A stretch of 64,000 nucleotides of DNA from Candidatus Heimdallarchaeota archaeon (GTDB lineage Archaea > Asgardarchaeota > Heimdallarchaeia > JABLTI01): NCBI GenBank assembly GCA_018238155.1, contig JABCTZ010000036.1, forward strand, positions 256,001 through 320,000. The letters run 5' to 3'. Both the position numbers and the translations under genes were made by a program. How positions within the stretch are numbered: position 1 is the first letter of the stretch; every line of letters starts with the position of its first letter. Of the stretch, positions 49,164-58,790 are shown piece after piece. The notes below the pieces were generated by a model. The model was not told where the DNA came from, ran no database searches, and worked only from the letters and a program-made list of their open reading frames with translations.

Positions 49164-50006
49164 TTATTTTAAAGTAGCAACAAACTCTTCGACAGTTAAT
49201 GGTATTGTGTTTGTTTTATCTTTCGATAAACCAATTTTTTCATCCAATTTTAGAAATAGGGAAGGGATTTTTGGTAGCATGCTTTCTGGAAACTCTTTAT
49301 TTTGAAATACTGTTTGAATATCCCCAAAAATCTTTAATTGTCCTTTTTCTAGGAAAGCTAATTTGTTAACAAAATTCAAGCATCTATCTAATCGATGCTC
49401 TGCAATTATTATTGTTTTTTTATGCTCAGTATTCAATTCATTGAGAAGATTAAGAATTCGCACCGCGCCCACTGGAGAAAGATGAGCAGTAATTTCATCA
49501 AGAACCAAAATTGGTGGGTTTAAAGCTAAAGCTGAAGCAATTGCAGTTAATTGTTGTTCTCCTCCTGAAATTGAATAGGGAGATTTATATCTAATTTCTT
49601 CTAAATTCAAAAGAGTAATTAATTCATCAACTCGAGACTTCATTTCATTCCTAGGAACACCAAAATTCTCCAAAGGAAAAGCAATTTCACGCTCAACTGT
49701 AAGGTTAGAAATCTGATTTTCAGGATTTTGAAATACAAAACCAACTTGCTTTGCTAAAAATGGTGTTTCACTTTCTAAAGTTGATTTGCCGAAAATTTCT
49801 ATAGAACCACCAAACCTACCTGCATGAAAATGGGGGATCAATCCATTCAAGCATTTCAATAAAGTTGATTTACCTGAGCCGCTAAATCCTGCTAATAGAA
49901 CAAATTCTCCTTCTATAACATCAAATGTAACACGCTTTAAAGCAAAAGAATCTGCATTGCGATACTTGAATGAAACGTTATCTATTTTTATTGCCGTTTC
50001 TACCAC
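49164..50006 (-). CDS. ecfA1: ECF transporter ATPase (EcfA1)
   Basis: GFSGSGKST, LNGLIPHF, FQNPENQ, ISGGEQQ, LDE, EHR. Confidence 0.92.
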   Translation of the reverse strand: MVETAIKIDNVSFKYRNADSFALKRVTFDVIEGEFVLLAGFSGSGKSTLLKCLNGLIPHFHAGRFGGSIEIFGKSTLESETPFLAKQVGFVFQNPENQISNLTVEREIAFPLENFGVPRNEMKSRVDELITLLNLEEIRYKSPYSISGGEQQLTAIASALALNPPILVLDEITAHLSPVGAVRILNLLNELNTEHKKTIIIAEHRLDRCLNFVNKLAFLEKGQLKIFGDIQTVFQNKEFPESMLPKIPSLFLKLDEKIGLSKDKTNTIPLTVEEFVATLK

Positions 50007-50055
50007 TAAATTAGCCTCAAGATATTATCAACTAAGAGAATAAGAATGATTATTG

Positions 50056-51063
50056 TTATAAATTGCTTTTTGCTTTAATCATTTTATCAAGAATGGAAAA
50101 AGCTGCTTTTCTTAATTCTGATTCTTCAATTTCGCTAGGGATGTTTAAAGCCGCAGCTGTTGAATGTCCACCACCATCACCATGGTATTTCTCACTTAGC
50201 ACTTTCATAATATCTCTGCCGAAATGAATATTTGTTGAGCTATAGAATATATTTCTAGCTCTGACATTTAAGCGAGTTTCATTTTTCCGTCTCGAGAATA
50301 TTAGAGCAACATCTGCACCCAAATCCAATATCGCACGAGCAGAAGAGCCTTCATGAGAACCGATGCTACTCCAAACAATGAGTTTGTCTTCAATTTTATG
50401 TAGATGAAGTCTGGACGCACATTTAATTCGAGCAACTTTGGTTGATTGATCAAAATTTCTTTGATTTAACTTTACTGCCAAATCATAATCTACTCCGAAT
50501 TTAAACATCTTATCAATTAGTGAAAGTAAATTTGGACTTAAACTATAGAATCTTCTACTATCAAAAATAATGCCTGAAAGCAATGTGTTTAATAATTTTA
50601 TATCTGGTTTTAAATCTAAATCAAAAATTAGTTCAGAAACCATTTCTGTTGCTGAAGTTCTTTCTTCTTCAACAAAAGCAATTGAAACATTATTTTCAGA
50701 GAAATCTGTTTTGGTGTGATGATCAATAATAACTAATTTTTCTTTAGCATGTGATAGAATGAGCTCCTTGAAAACACCAAATTGATTTGGAACATTGACA
50801 TCTACAATAACTATTAAATCATATTTTTTATCAGAAGTAGTAAGATAAGGTTTAGAATAATAGTCTAATAATGAGATTGCAGATTTACTAATACCATCTA
50901 TAAGAACATCAATTGAAGATTCCGGATGAAAGTTCCGAAGAATAAATTCGATACCAAACGCAGAGGAAACAGCATCTGGATCTACGCTCCGATGACCAAT
51001 GATAGCTATTGAATTATAGCTCCCTTTGGTAAGCTTTTCAATTAGCTTCTCTCTCACATTCAA
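50056..51063 (-). CDS. DHH family phosphoesterase
   Basis: H..VDPDA, IVIVD, IIDHH, GGGHSTAAA. Confidence 0.9.
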   Translation of the reverse strand: MNVREKLIEKLTKGSYNSIAIIGHRSVDPDAVSSAFGIEFILRNFHPESSIDVLIDGISKSAISLLDYYSKPYLTTSDKKYDLIVIVDVNVPNQFGVFKELILSHAKEKLVIIDHHTKTDFSENNVSIAFVEEERTSATEMVSELIFDLDLKPDIKLLNTLLSGIIFDSRRFYSLSPNLLSLIDKMFKFGVDYDLAVKLNQRNFDQSTKVARIKCASRLHLHKIEDKLIVWSSIGSHEGSSARAILDLGADVALIFSRRKNETRLNVRARNIFYSSTNIHFGRDIMKVLSEKYHGDGGGHSTAAALNIPSEIEESELRKAAFSILDKMIKAKSNL

Positions 51064-51389
51064 GAAGTGAATTTCTCCTCAAGTAATTTCTCCAAATCTG
51101 AGAAAGTTTCAGCCAAAGTTTCTTTGATAAGCTCCTCTTCACTATTAACTTTTTCAGGTTCAACATTACGAATAATATCAACACTAATTTGTAGATTTTT
51201 AGTCGAATTATCAATATCAATAACTATATCATAAAAATCAACTTTAGACTCTGGAACTCTCTTGTGAAGATTGCTTCGCGCAAGCTCGTATATCTCTTCA
51301 GAGATTTTTTCTATATCTTCTTCAGAGAGTTTCTTAAGACCTAAATTGGTAATCTTGTCAGATTGATTTTCTTCATTCAAAGAGATCAA
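51060..51389 (-). CDS. DUF3194-like archaeal protein
   Basis: Acidic ~100-aa protein (GLKKLSEEDIE...DIVID...ISVDI) in its usual position between pfdB and DHH. Confidence 0.7.
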   Translation of the reverse strand: MISLNEENQSDKITNLGLKKLSEEDIEKISEEIYELARSNLHKRVPESKVDFYDIVIDIDNSTKNLQISVDIIRNVEPEKVNSEEELIKETLAETFSDLEKLLEEKFTS

Positions 51390-51413
51390 ACCAAATATTG
51401 TATTAATTTAATA

Positions 51414-51782
51414 CTATTTTTGTTCAGTTCCTAAAGCAGCTTTGATGGTAACTTCTAATTCATCAAATTGTTTTTTGAGTTTTTCATTACTTTTTTCAGA
51501 TAATTTGATTCTCGTATTTGCAAGCTCTTTCTGATCAGTAAGCTTTTCTTTGGATTCCTTAATGGTACTTTTAACCATTAACCGACCAATACTTCGATAA
51601 CAAATTTCAGCATCAGGCATTTCATCAATCTCTTTGAGAGCTTTCTCAATTTCGATTTGTTCAATTTTTAATGCTTGAATTTGTTGTTGGAAAACTGACA
51701 TCTTTTGTTGGATGGCTTGATATTGTTTTATTTTCTCTTCTAATTGTGGACTTAATCCTTTAGACATAGTTTGTTTCTCCAA
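51414..51782 (-). CDS. pfdB: Prefoldin beta subunit
   Basis: LSPQLEEKIKQYQAIQQ...EIEKALKEI...CYRSIGRLMVK coiled-coil/beta-hairpin/coiled-coil. The start is probably ATG 51767. Confidence 0.92.
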   Translation of the reverse strand: MEKQTMSKGLSPQLEEKIKQYQAIQQKMSVFQQQIQALKIEQIEIEKALKEIDEMPDAEICYRSIGRLMVKSTIKESKEKLTDQKELANTRIKLSEKSNEKLKKQFDELEVTIKAALGTEQK

Positions 51783-51957
51783 AATTGAGCGTAATATTTG
51801 AACATCGTTGAGAGTATTTAAAGAAACTTTCGATTGAGTCTATAAAGAAGGGAGTAAAATTATTAACAACGATATTTGGAATGTTTTAAATAAAGGAAAA
51901 TACCAATCTAAATAACGGTATTAAAATAAATTACTATTTTAAAGGAGAAAAAATCAA

Positions 51958-52746
51958 ATGTCTTATTGTCCGTCATGTGGTGCAGAAATTGGGGACCATT
52001 TAGAATATTGTCCTAGTTGTGGAGCTCAAATCAATGCAGAAAATAAAGCTAAAATGGCACAACTTGATCATGATGAAATTCAAATGGCAAAGCCAGGTCA
52101 TGCTCAATTCCAACAAGAATTACCTCGATTGGTTCAGAGAAATTACCTTGTTTGGTTTCTATTGACAATTCTTACTGGATTTATTGGTTTAGTATACATT
52201 TATTTTGTATTTGATGATTTAAAAAATCTTGATAAATATCCTAAACCTGCAGGAGTGAAATCAACAGCTATCAATCAAAACACAATAATAATCGTTATTA
52301 TTCTTTATCTATTGGGTTTGAGTGTTATTGCAAATTATATCATAAATGGTAAAAAATATGGTATGTTCAATGATTACCTTGATACACACCCTCAAAAACA
52401 AATGAATTTACCATCTAAGAATTATATTAAATTAATGATATTTCGTGACATTATACAATTTATTGGATATGGCTTTCTATTAGCTGGTTTCTTTATTTTA
52501 TATGCATCTGCATTTGAAAGTGCAGGGGGATATATTTCAATTACAAATATTGGTCCTTTAAGTTCACTAATGGCGTTAAGTGCCAATATATTGGCAATCG
52601 TTTTCTTTAGCTTGGGTTCTATATTCTATATTCCTGGGCTAATAATAGCAATTTATATGATTGTATTGGATTTCAGATGGCAAGAAGCAATGAATGAACG
52701 TGTAAGAATCATTGATCCAAATTTCATTACGAAGGATTTCTTGTAA
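51958..52746 (+). CDS. Double zinc-ribbon membrane protein, tandem copy 1
   Basis: YCPSCG..YCPSCG and about 4 TM helices. Confidence 0.8.
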   Translation: MSYCPSCGAEIGDHLEYCPSCGAQINAENKAKMAQLDHDEIQMAKPGHAQFQQELPRLVQRNYLVWFLLTILTGFIGLVYIYFVFDDLKNLDKYPKPAGVKSTAINQNTIIIVIILYLLGLSVIANYIINGKKYGMFNDYLDTHPQKQMNLPSKNYIKLMIFRDIIQFIGYGFLLAGFFILYASAFESAGGYISITNIGPLSSLMALSANILAIVFFSLGSIFYIPGLIIAIYMIVLDFRWQEAMNERVRIIDPNFITKDFL

Positions 52747-52770
52747 AGAAATCACTTTTATCTTTTTTTT
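52735..52770 (+). terminator. Putative hairpin plus U-tract terminator
   Basis: GATTTCT-TGTAA-AGAAATC followed by a T-rich tract. Confidence 0.55.
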
Positions 52771-52985
52771 ATTATGAGACTCTTATACTCACTGAGCAAT
52801 ATGTGAAATTGTCTACAATAATAATTCAAAATAACCTTTAAACAGAAATTGATGATCTTGATAATCATTGAAAGATTTTCACAACTGAAAAAGTATTTTA
52901 CCTTTCAATTTGTAACACTTTAAATAGTAGAAAATACAATATCAAATTTAGGTTGAAAATTAATATTGAGGAGATACAAAATTAA

Positions 52986-53750
52986 ATGACTTATTGTCCG
53001 TCGTGTGGCGCAGAAATTGGGGACCATTTAGAATATTGTCCTAGTTGTGGAGCTCAAATCAATGCAGAAGATAAAAACAAAATACCAAAACCTGGTCATG
53101 ATGAAATTCAAATGGCAAAGTCAGGTCATGCTCAATTCCAACAAGAATTACCTCAACTAGTCCAAAGAAATTATTTAATTTGGTTTCTATTATCGTATTT
53201 AACGGGTGTTGTTATGTTCATTTACATGTACTTTGTATTTGATGATTTAAATAAACTCGATAAATATCCAAAACCAGCAGGTGTTAAATCAACATATCTG
53301 GACCAAAATACTGTGATACTGTATATTGTGCTCTATTTTCTAGGCTTTGGAATTATTGCAAATTATCTTGTCAATAGTAAAAAGTATGGTATGTTCAATG
53401 ATTATCTTGATACTCACCCTCAAAAACAAAATAAATTACCATCCAAGAAATACATCAAATTGATGATAGTTCGCGATATTTTAGGTTTCTTAATGAGTGG
53501 AGTTGGAATGGTCTTTTATTTTATTTTCCTTATAGGGTTTGATATGCTGAACATTGGATCTGGTATACCTACATTTTCAAATGCCATGTTAATAATGTCA
53601 ATCATTGCAATTGTCTTAACTGGTATATGTTTTGTTGCTGTCATGATAATAGCAATTTATCTGATTGTATTGGATTTCAGATGGCAAGAAGCAATGAATG
53701 AACGTGTAAGAATCATTGATCCAAATTTCATTAAGAAGGATTTCTTATAA
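52986..53750 (+). CDS. Double zinc-ribbon membrane protein, tandem copy 2
   Basis: Clear paralogue of 51958-52746. Confidence 0.8.
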   Translation: MTYCPSCGAEIGDHLEYCPSCGAQINAEDKNKIPKPGHDEIQMAKSGHAQFQQELPQLVQRNYLIWFLLSYLTGVVMFIYMYFVFDDLNKLDKYPKPAGVKSTYLDQNTVILYIVLYFLGFGIIANYLVNSKKYGMFNDYLDTHPQKQNKLPSKKYIKLMIVRDILGFLMSGVGMVFYFIFLIGFDMLNIGSGIPTFSNAMLIMSIIAIVLTGICFVAVMIIAIYLIVLDFRWQEAMNERVRIIDPNFIKKDFL

Positions 53751-53773
53751 GAAATCATCTTTATCTTTTTTTT
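53739..53773 (+). terminator. Putative palindrome plus U-tract terminator
   Basis: Perfect 18-bp palindrome GATTTCTTATAAGAAATC (53739-53756) followed by a T tract. Confidence 0.55.
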
Positions 53774-53872
53774 AAACAAAATATAAGCAGCTTTTTTTCC
53801 AAGTGAATCTAGAATATTACCTTACGTTAATAAAAACAAGAATCTTTTGAGAATGAGAATCCGTGATTAAAA

Positions 53873-54877
53873 ATGATGAATGTAAATATAATGAAACTAA
53901 TTATCGATCCATATGAGAGTGGAAAAGAAACTTTTGCTCATCAGATGGCGAGATTTTGGAATTATAAAGAAAAAACGCTAAAACTATTAAATACAAGCTC
54001 CAATTTTGTGTTTGATTTGAAAGAAAATAATTCCGAACGTATTTTACGAATAAGTCATCAAACAGAACGTACATTAGAACTCGTTCAAGCAGAGCTTGAT
54101 TTCATTTTATATCTCGATTCCCAGAAAATACCTGTAGCAAAACCAATCCCTTCGAATAATGGAAAAAATGTGGAACAACTTCAAACTGAACATGGCACTT
54201 TCAATGGAGTAGTTTTTGAGAAAATACCCGGAGATTACATTGATCTTGAAGATATGGAAGAATGGCAAATGAAGGATTGGGGGAAAATGATGGCAAGAAT
54301 GCATAATCTTTCCCTTAGCTATACGGCTCATCCTGAGAGAAGAAGGCGATTCTTCAACGAAGATATTGATCATTGGAAGAAGTGGATACCAGAAACTGAA
54401 ATTCGGTTCAAAACAAAGATAGATGAATTGAAGATTTGGGTTAAGAAGTTAGCAGAAAATGAAAATCAATTTGGATTGATCCATTATGATATGTCTTATG
54501 ACAATTTTATTTGGAGTGGAAAAGAATTATCAATAATTGATTTCGATGATTCAGCATATTATCCATTCGAAGCAGATATTGCTTTTGCAATAGATGAAAT
54601 CCAAACAATGAAAAATGGTACTGGCGAAAGAATATTTGATGCTTTTATTGAGGGATATTTATCCCAAAGAAAACTAAGAGATACTTGGAAACAAGAGATG
54701 GAACAATTCTTTGTTCTAGAAAATTTTCTAAAATACGCAAGAATGAGACGAGCCTATAATAACGTACAATTTGAAAATCTTCTGCCTTGGAGTGAAGAAA
54801 TGTATAAGCGACATATGGTATGGTTTACAAAAAAAGAAATTAAATTAGATGCTTTATTAACAAAAAAAAAAAATTGA
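53873..54877 (+). CDS. Aminoglycoside-phosphotransferase/type II homoserine kinase-like phosphotransferase
   Basis: ILRISH, ELDFILYL, GLIHYDMSYDN (HxDxxxxN), IIDFDD. Confidence 0.85.
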   Translation: MMNVNIMKLIIDPYESGKETFAHQMARFWNYKEKTLKLLNTSSNFVFDLKENNSERILRISHQTERTLELVQAELDFILYLDSQKIPVAKPIPSNNGKNVEQLQTEHGTFNGVVFEKIPGDYIDLEDMEEWQMKDWGKMMARMHNLSLSYTAHPERRRRFFNEDIDHWKKWIPETEIRFKTKIDELKIWVKKLAENENQFGLIHYDMSYDNFIWSGKELSIIDFDDSAYYPFEADIAFAIDEIQTMKNGTGERIFDAFIEGYLSQRKLRDTWKQEMEQFFVLENFLKYARMRRAYNNVQFENLLPWSEEMYKRHMVWFTKKEIKLDALLTKKKN

Positions 54878-54896
54878 GCGCTGTTTCTGAAAGAAG

Positions 54897-55739
54897 CTAC
54901 TTCCCTACAACAGCTTTTTTTGCTTTCTCTTTCTTTTTGCTTGTTCTCTTTTTATCTTTGTTCTCCTTTTTATGTAATAATTCTGGCGCTAAATTCAATA
55001 GTATTTCATTGTGTAATTTGTAAACAGAAGAATACAACTCCAGTAAAGATCCATTCAAAGCTAATACAAGATATGCAAAAGTAAAAATTAGTACAATGTT
55101 AAATGTATCTCCTCCACCATACATTATTGAATTCATAAACACTTCAACCCAGCCGATAATAAAACCGAATAGAGCAATTATTGGTAATGAAATTAATGGT
55201 GTCAATAGAAGCTTAGTTGGATACCCATCCTTGCTTATTTTATTGAATGCTAAACTTATAAAAATAAGCCCTATTGAAATAAACACAAAACACGTCAAAT
55301 CCTTGGCAATCAAAGTGCTGAAATAAAACTCGCTACCAACTATAAAGATTAGTGATATAACTGTAGTGAGAATATAATAACCAATATAGATGCCTATGAA
55401 AATATGGGCAAATCTTAAAGGCGATTTTTTTCTTCTATCAATTTTATCTCGAAGCTCATCAATTCCAAAAAATAACATAAATAACGCAGGAATATTGATG
55501 AATAAACAGATTAATTCAATAAACCAAATAGCTACTCCTGCTCCTTCATAACCAACTAATAAAAGGAGTGTTAATACAGTTGAAATTAGCTGTATACTTG
55601 TGGTTATCATTAGCATTTGAACGCTTAATTTAGTCTGTTGAATCCTCTTCACGAATTTCATATTATCGTTATCAAAATTATAACTTGTTGCCATGAAATG
55701 TTCCCAACAATATATTAAAATGATTACATATTTATACAT
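54897..55739 (-). CDS. Hypothetical polytopic membrane protein
   Basis: About 6 TM helices and a Lys-rich tail. The true start is probably MATSY. Confidence 0.65.
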   Translation of the reverse strand: MYKYVIILIYCWEHFMATSYNFDNDNMKFVKRIQQTKLSVQMLMITTSIQLISTVLTLLLLVGYEGAGVAIWFIELICLFINIPALFMLFFGIDELRDKIDRRKKSPLRFAHIFIGIYIGYYILTTVISLIFIVGSEFYFSTLIAKDLTCFVFISIGLIFISLAFNKISKDGYPTKLLLTPLISLPIIALFGFIIGWVEVFMNSIMYGGGDTFNIVLIFTFAYLVLALNGSLLELYSSVYKLHNEILLNLAPELLHKKENKDKKRTSKKKEKAKKAVVGK

Positions 55740-55935
55740 ATCTTAATCTTAGATTGAGATATTGATTAGAATATAATAGAAAGAAGTATCTTATCTCAAT
55801 CCTGAGATGCAATTTGTATAGAAAAAAACTTATTCTAGAAAATAACAAATACTATAAATCTGAAACAAATACTGCTATAAAGTGTTATTAGAAGATAAGC
55901 AAAGAAGACGTAGATAAAAAAAGAAGGTTAAAAAA

Positions 55936-56769
55936 GTGGCAAAAAAAGACTCATTTACTGTTGAACCTTTTCCTCGGTTTCGTGAGATAGTCATTGAATC
56001 GGTAAAAGCTGGGAAAAAGATGAATCATGTTACCGGAATGCCTATTTATGATGTGACAAAGGCTCGAGAGCTTATGCAAAAATATAAAGAAAAAAATAAG
56101 GAATCAGTGTCTTTTACAGCATTCATAATACATTGTCTGGGAAAAGCAGTAAGTGAATACAAACAAATACATGGGATACGAAAAGGTAGACGAAAAGTGA
56201 TTATTTTTGATGATATCAATATTCGGTTGAACATCGAAAAAGAAATAGATGGGAAAAAAACAGCGGTAATACATATTATTCGTAAAGCCAATAAGAAAAG
56301 TTTACGAGAAATACATGATGAAATCCGAAGAGCTCAAGGAGCAAAGGGTTACGCAAAAAAGGAAGTAGTCTCCCAAAAACAAAAAAAATCTCGCAAAGGT
56401 CAAAATAAGCTAATCTCTCTACCCAAATTTCTCAGAAGAATTGTTTGGTGGAAATTAAAACATGACCCATTCTTTATTCAGAAAAATTTAGGTACTGTCA
56501 GTGTAACCACTTTAGGAACGATGTTTAAGAAAGGTAGAGGTGGATATGCTATTACAGTTAGTCCACAGACATTGAGTATAGTAATAGGTGCAATAGAAGA
56601 AAGACCTGGAGTTGTAAATAAAAAAATCGAAATCAGAGAATACCTTTACTTAACTGTGTTGCTTAATCATGATGTAGTTGATGGAGCTGTAGCTGCAAGG
56701 TTTCTTGCTAGATTGGGTGATTTAATAGAAGAAGGATATGGATTATCTACTATCGAAGTTAAAAAATGA
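55936..56769 (+). CDS. Stand-alone 2-oxoacid dehydrogenase E2-like acyltransferase catalytic domain
   Basis: SFTAFII, GTVSVTTLG, HDVVDG (HxxxDG); no lipoyl or E3-binding domain. Confidence 0.85.
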   Translation: MAKKDSFTVEPFPRFREIVIESVKAGKKMNHVTGMPIYDVTKARELMQKYKEKNKESVSFTAFIIHCLGKAVSEYKQIHGIRKGRRKVIIFDDINIRLNIEKEIDGKKTAVIHIIRKANKKSLREIHDEIRRAQGAKGYAKKEVVSQKQKKSRKGQNKLISLPKFLRRIVWWKLKHDPFFIQKNLGTVSVTTLGTMFKKGRGGYAITVSPQTLSIVIGAIEERPGVVNKKIEIREYLYLTVLLNHDVVDGAVAARFLARLGDLIEEGYGLSTIEVKK

Positions 56770-56776
56770 AAAGCGA

Positions 56777-56806
56777 TATGGGAAATTCCCATACATATTT
56801 CTTTTT
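56777..56806 (+). terminator. Putative hairpin terminator
   Basis: TATGGGA-AAT-TCCCATA (56777-56793), then TTTCTTTTT. Confidence 0.5.
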
Positions 56807-56872
56807 AATCGCTTATATCACGATGAGATTGCTCTGTTTGTGGTAGAAGTATCTGATTTTCAACTAAGAAGA

Positions 56873-57697
56873 TTATTTGATTCTATTAAGAAATCCTAAA
56901 ATCACTTCATAGAAGATAGTTGGATTCTGATTCATCATTGCATGCCCTGCATTTGGAATATAACTAATAGGAAATTTCTTTGCCAATTTTTGTTCTGAAC
57001 TAAATTTCCCTTTATTATTTCCACCAAACATCACCAAAGTGGGTAAATCCAAATTTATAAGACGTTCAAATAAACGTCCACTTCTAGATTCTTTAACAAG
57101 ATCTAATGATGACTTATAGCTTGAAATTGGTCCTGCTTTTGCAAAAGATTTTGCATAGAGAAGATCGTAACCTTCTGCCATCTCTTCTAAACTATTTAGA
57201 ACAGTTGCAAAGCCAATGTGTTTCCATTCAGCTAAAGTATACTGTTCAATTATAGATAGAGAGAAGAAACAATCATTTTCATCCAAATTTCCTTCTGCAT
57301 AGATAATTCCTTTAATTTTGCTACCAAATATTTCTGCAAGAAAAACTCCTATAGGTCCACCCATTGAATGACACACGAGTATATAATCATCTGCTAATTC
57401 TAGTTTTCCAATTAGTTTTTGCAGTACCTTTGCTTGTGTATGCATTGAATATGTAAAAGTGGTTGGTGTTGTAGAGTCATAATGCCCAACTAAATCTACT
57501 GCAAGTAAACCATATTCTTTCAAGAGGTGATTGCTAAATGTTTCCAAAAAATCATTTTTGCTACTACCAAGTCCGTGGATAAAAATTAACGTTAAACCAT
57601 TGTTTGATTTACGATAATAATAACTCATCTGAATTCTAGAATCGATGTGCATTGTCAAGGATTGCATATTATCACCTGTGTGTATTTCAAGAATCAT
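56873..57697 (-). CDS. Alpha/beta hydrolase
   Basis: FIHGLG, DLVGH, CHSMGG nucleophile elbow, AGHAMM. Confidence 0.88.
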   Translation of the reverse strand: MILEIHTGDNMQSLTMHIDSRIQMSYYYRKSNNGLTLIFIHGLGSSKNDFLETFSNHLLKEYGLLAVDLVGHYDSTTPTTFTYSMHTQAKVLQKLIGKLELADDYILVCHSMGGPIGVFLAEIFGSKIKGIIYAEGNLDENDCFFSLSIIEQYTLAEWKHIGFATVLNSLEEMAEGYDLLYAKSFAKAGPISSYKSSLDLVKESRSGRLFERLINLDLPTLVMFGGNNKGKFSSEQKLAKKFPISYIPNAGHAMMNQNPTIFYEVILGFLNRIK

Positions 57698-57706
57698 TTT
57701 CTTCTC

Positions 57707-58642
57707 TTACTGGTTTGATTTAACAATTGTCAAATAGTTTGTTGTTGTTTTAAAGTCTAATTTTTTATAAAGTTTGTAAGCGGTAGTATTTTCCAAAGTT
57801 ACTGCTAAACCGATTTTTTTGTACCCTTTTTTAGTACACTCTGCAATTACTTTATTCGTAAGAGCCTTTCCTAATCCTTTGCGTTGATGATATGGAGATA
57901 CTGAAATTTCCGCAATGAAAGCAATCTCAGAGCTGGGTGAAATTATGAAGCTTAAACCAATAAGTCTGTTCTCAAAAATTATTTGAGGATTAATATTAAT
58001 ATCTAAATCTGTAAAATCATTTGAAATTTTACTAAAAATCTCCTTACTTTTTTCCGGTTCCAACATTTCCGGATAAATATATGTGTCTGAATGTTCTTTA
58101 GGATTTGCTTCTTTCATCAGTTGAAAAATTTCATCAATTCTTTCCATAGAAAATGGTTCAAAGGAATAGTTTTCCGGGAGTACAATAGGTAAAGATTGTT
58201 TTTTATGCAAATCTCGCATCATCTGAACTCTAGGGTAAACTCTAAAACCATCATTCTTCAAGGAATTTTCTAGAGATGATTCGAAATTTGCCGGCAAAGT
58301 TATTGTTTGTCTAAAATGTTTGAAACCCATTTCAAAAATTTTGTTTGTAAAAGTAGAAATCAATTTGTAGCCACAGTTTTCTAAATCGAATCCATCTCGA
58401 ATATAAAACCCTGTTGTTTCAACAATTTCTCTTTCGATATTACCAGCTAAAAACCCAATAGGATTACTATTGTGAAATGCAATAAAGATTATTCTCTTTT
58501 TCTCTTTGATTTTTTCAATTAAATCAGAAATGAGTTGCTCTATTTTTTTTTCATTTATCAACTTGAATGTTCTTTCAAGATATTCAGTAAATAAATCCAA
58601 AATATCGTTAATAGTTTCTCTTTGTTCAATAATTACCGTCAT
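57707..58642 (-). CDS. Tandem GNAT acetyltransferase
   Basis: ISVSPYHQRKGLGKAL, N..AYKLYKKLDF; a second, degenerate GNAT at the N-terminus. Confidence 0.85.
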   Translation of the reverse strand: MTVIIEQRETINDILDLFTEYLERTFKLINEKKIEQLISDLIEKIKEKKRIIFIAFHNSNPIGFLAGNIEREIVETTGFYIRDGFDLENCGYKLISTFTNKIFEMGFKHFRQTITLPANFESSLENSLKNDGFRVYPRVQMMRDLHKKQSLPIVLPENYSFEPFSMERIDEIFQLMKEANPKEHSDTYIYPEMLEPEKSKEIFSKISNDFTDLDININPQIIFENRLIGLSFIISPSSEIAFIAEISVSPYHQRKGLGKALTNKVIAECTKKGYKKIGLAVTLENTTAYKLYKKLDFKTTTNYLTIVKSNQ

Positions 58643-58790
58643 TTTTCAATCGAAATGGGGAAACGGTAGTATATTCTTAAAATTATTGGCAAGATAGGTA
58701 AAACTGGGGGGAATTCTTATTTTCAATAAAATCAAATATGAGTTTGTTTTATTTTAATAAATAAGTCAAATTTAACTGGAGAAAAATAAA

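Larger units (their letters stand above)
51958..53773 (+). repeat. Tandem gene duplication with identical terminal blocks
   Basis: 51982-52041 = 53010-53069 (60 nt) and 52658-52729 = 53662-53733 (72 nt) are identical. Confidence 0.9.

Noticed and set aside
51958-53773. Diversity-generating retroelement TR/VR pair or CRISPR-like repeats
   Set aside because: No reverse transcriptase is nearby, differences are not adenine-specific, both copies are full genes, and there is no repeat-spacer periodicity.
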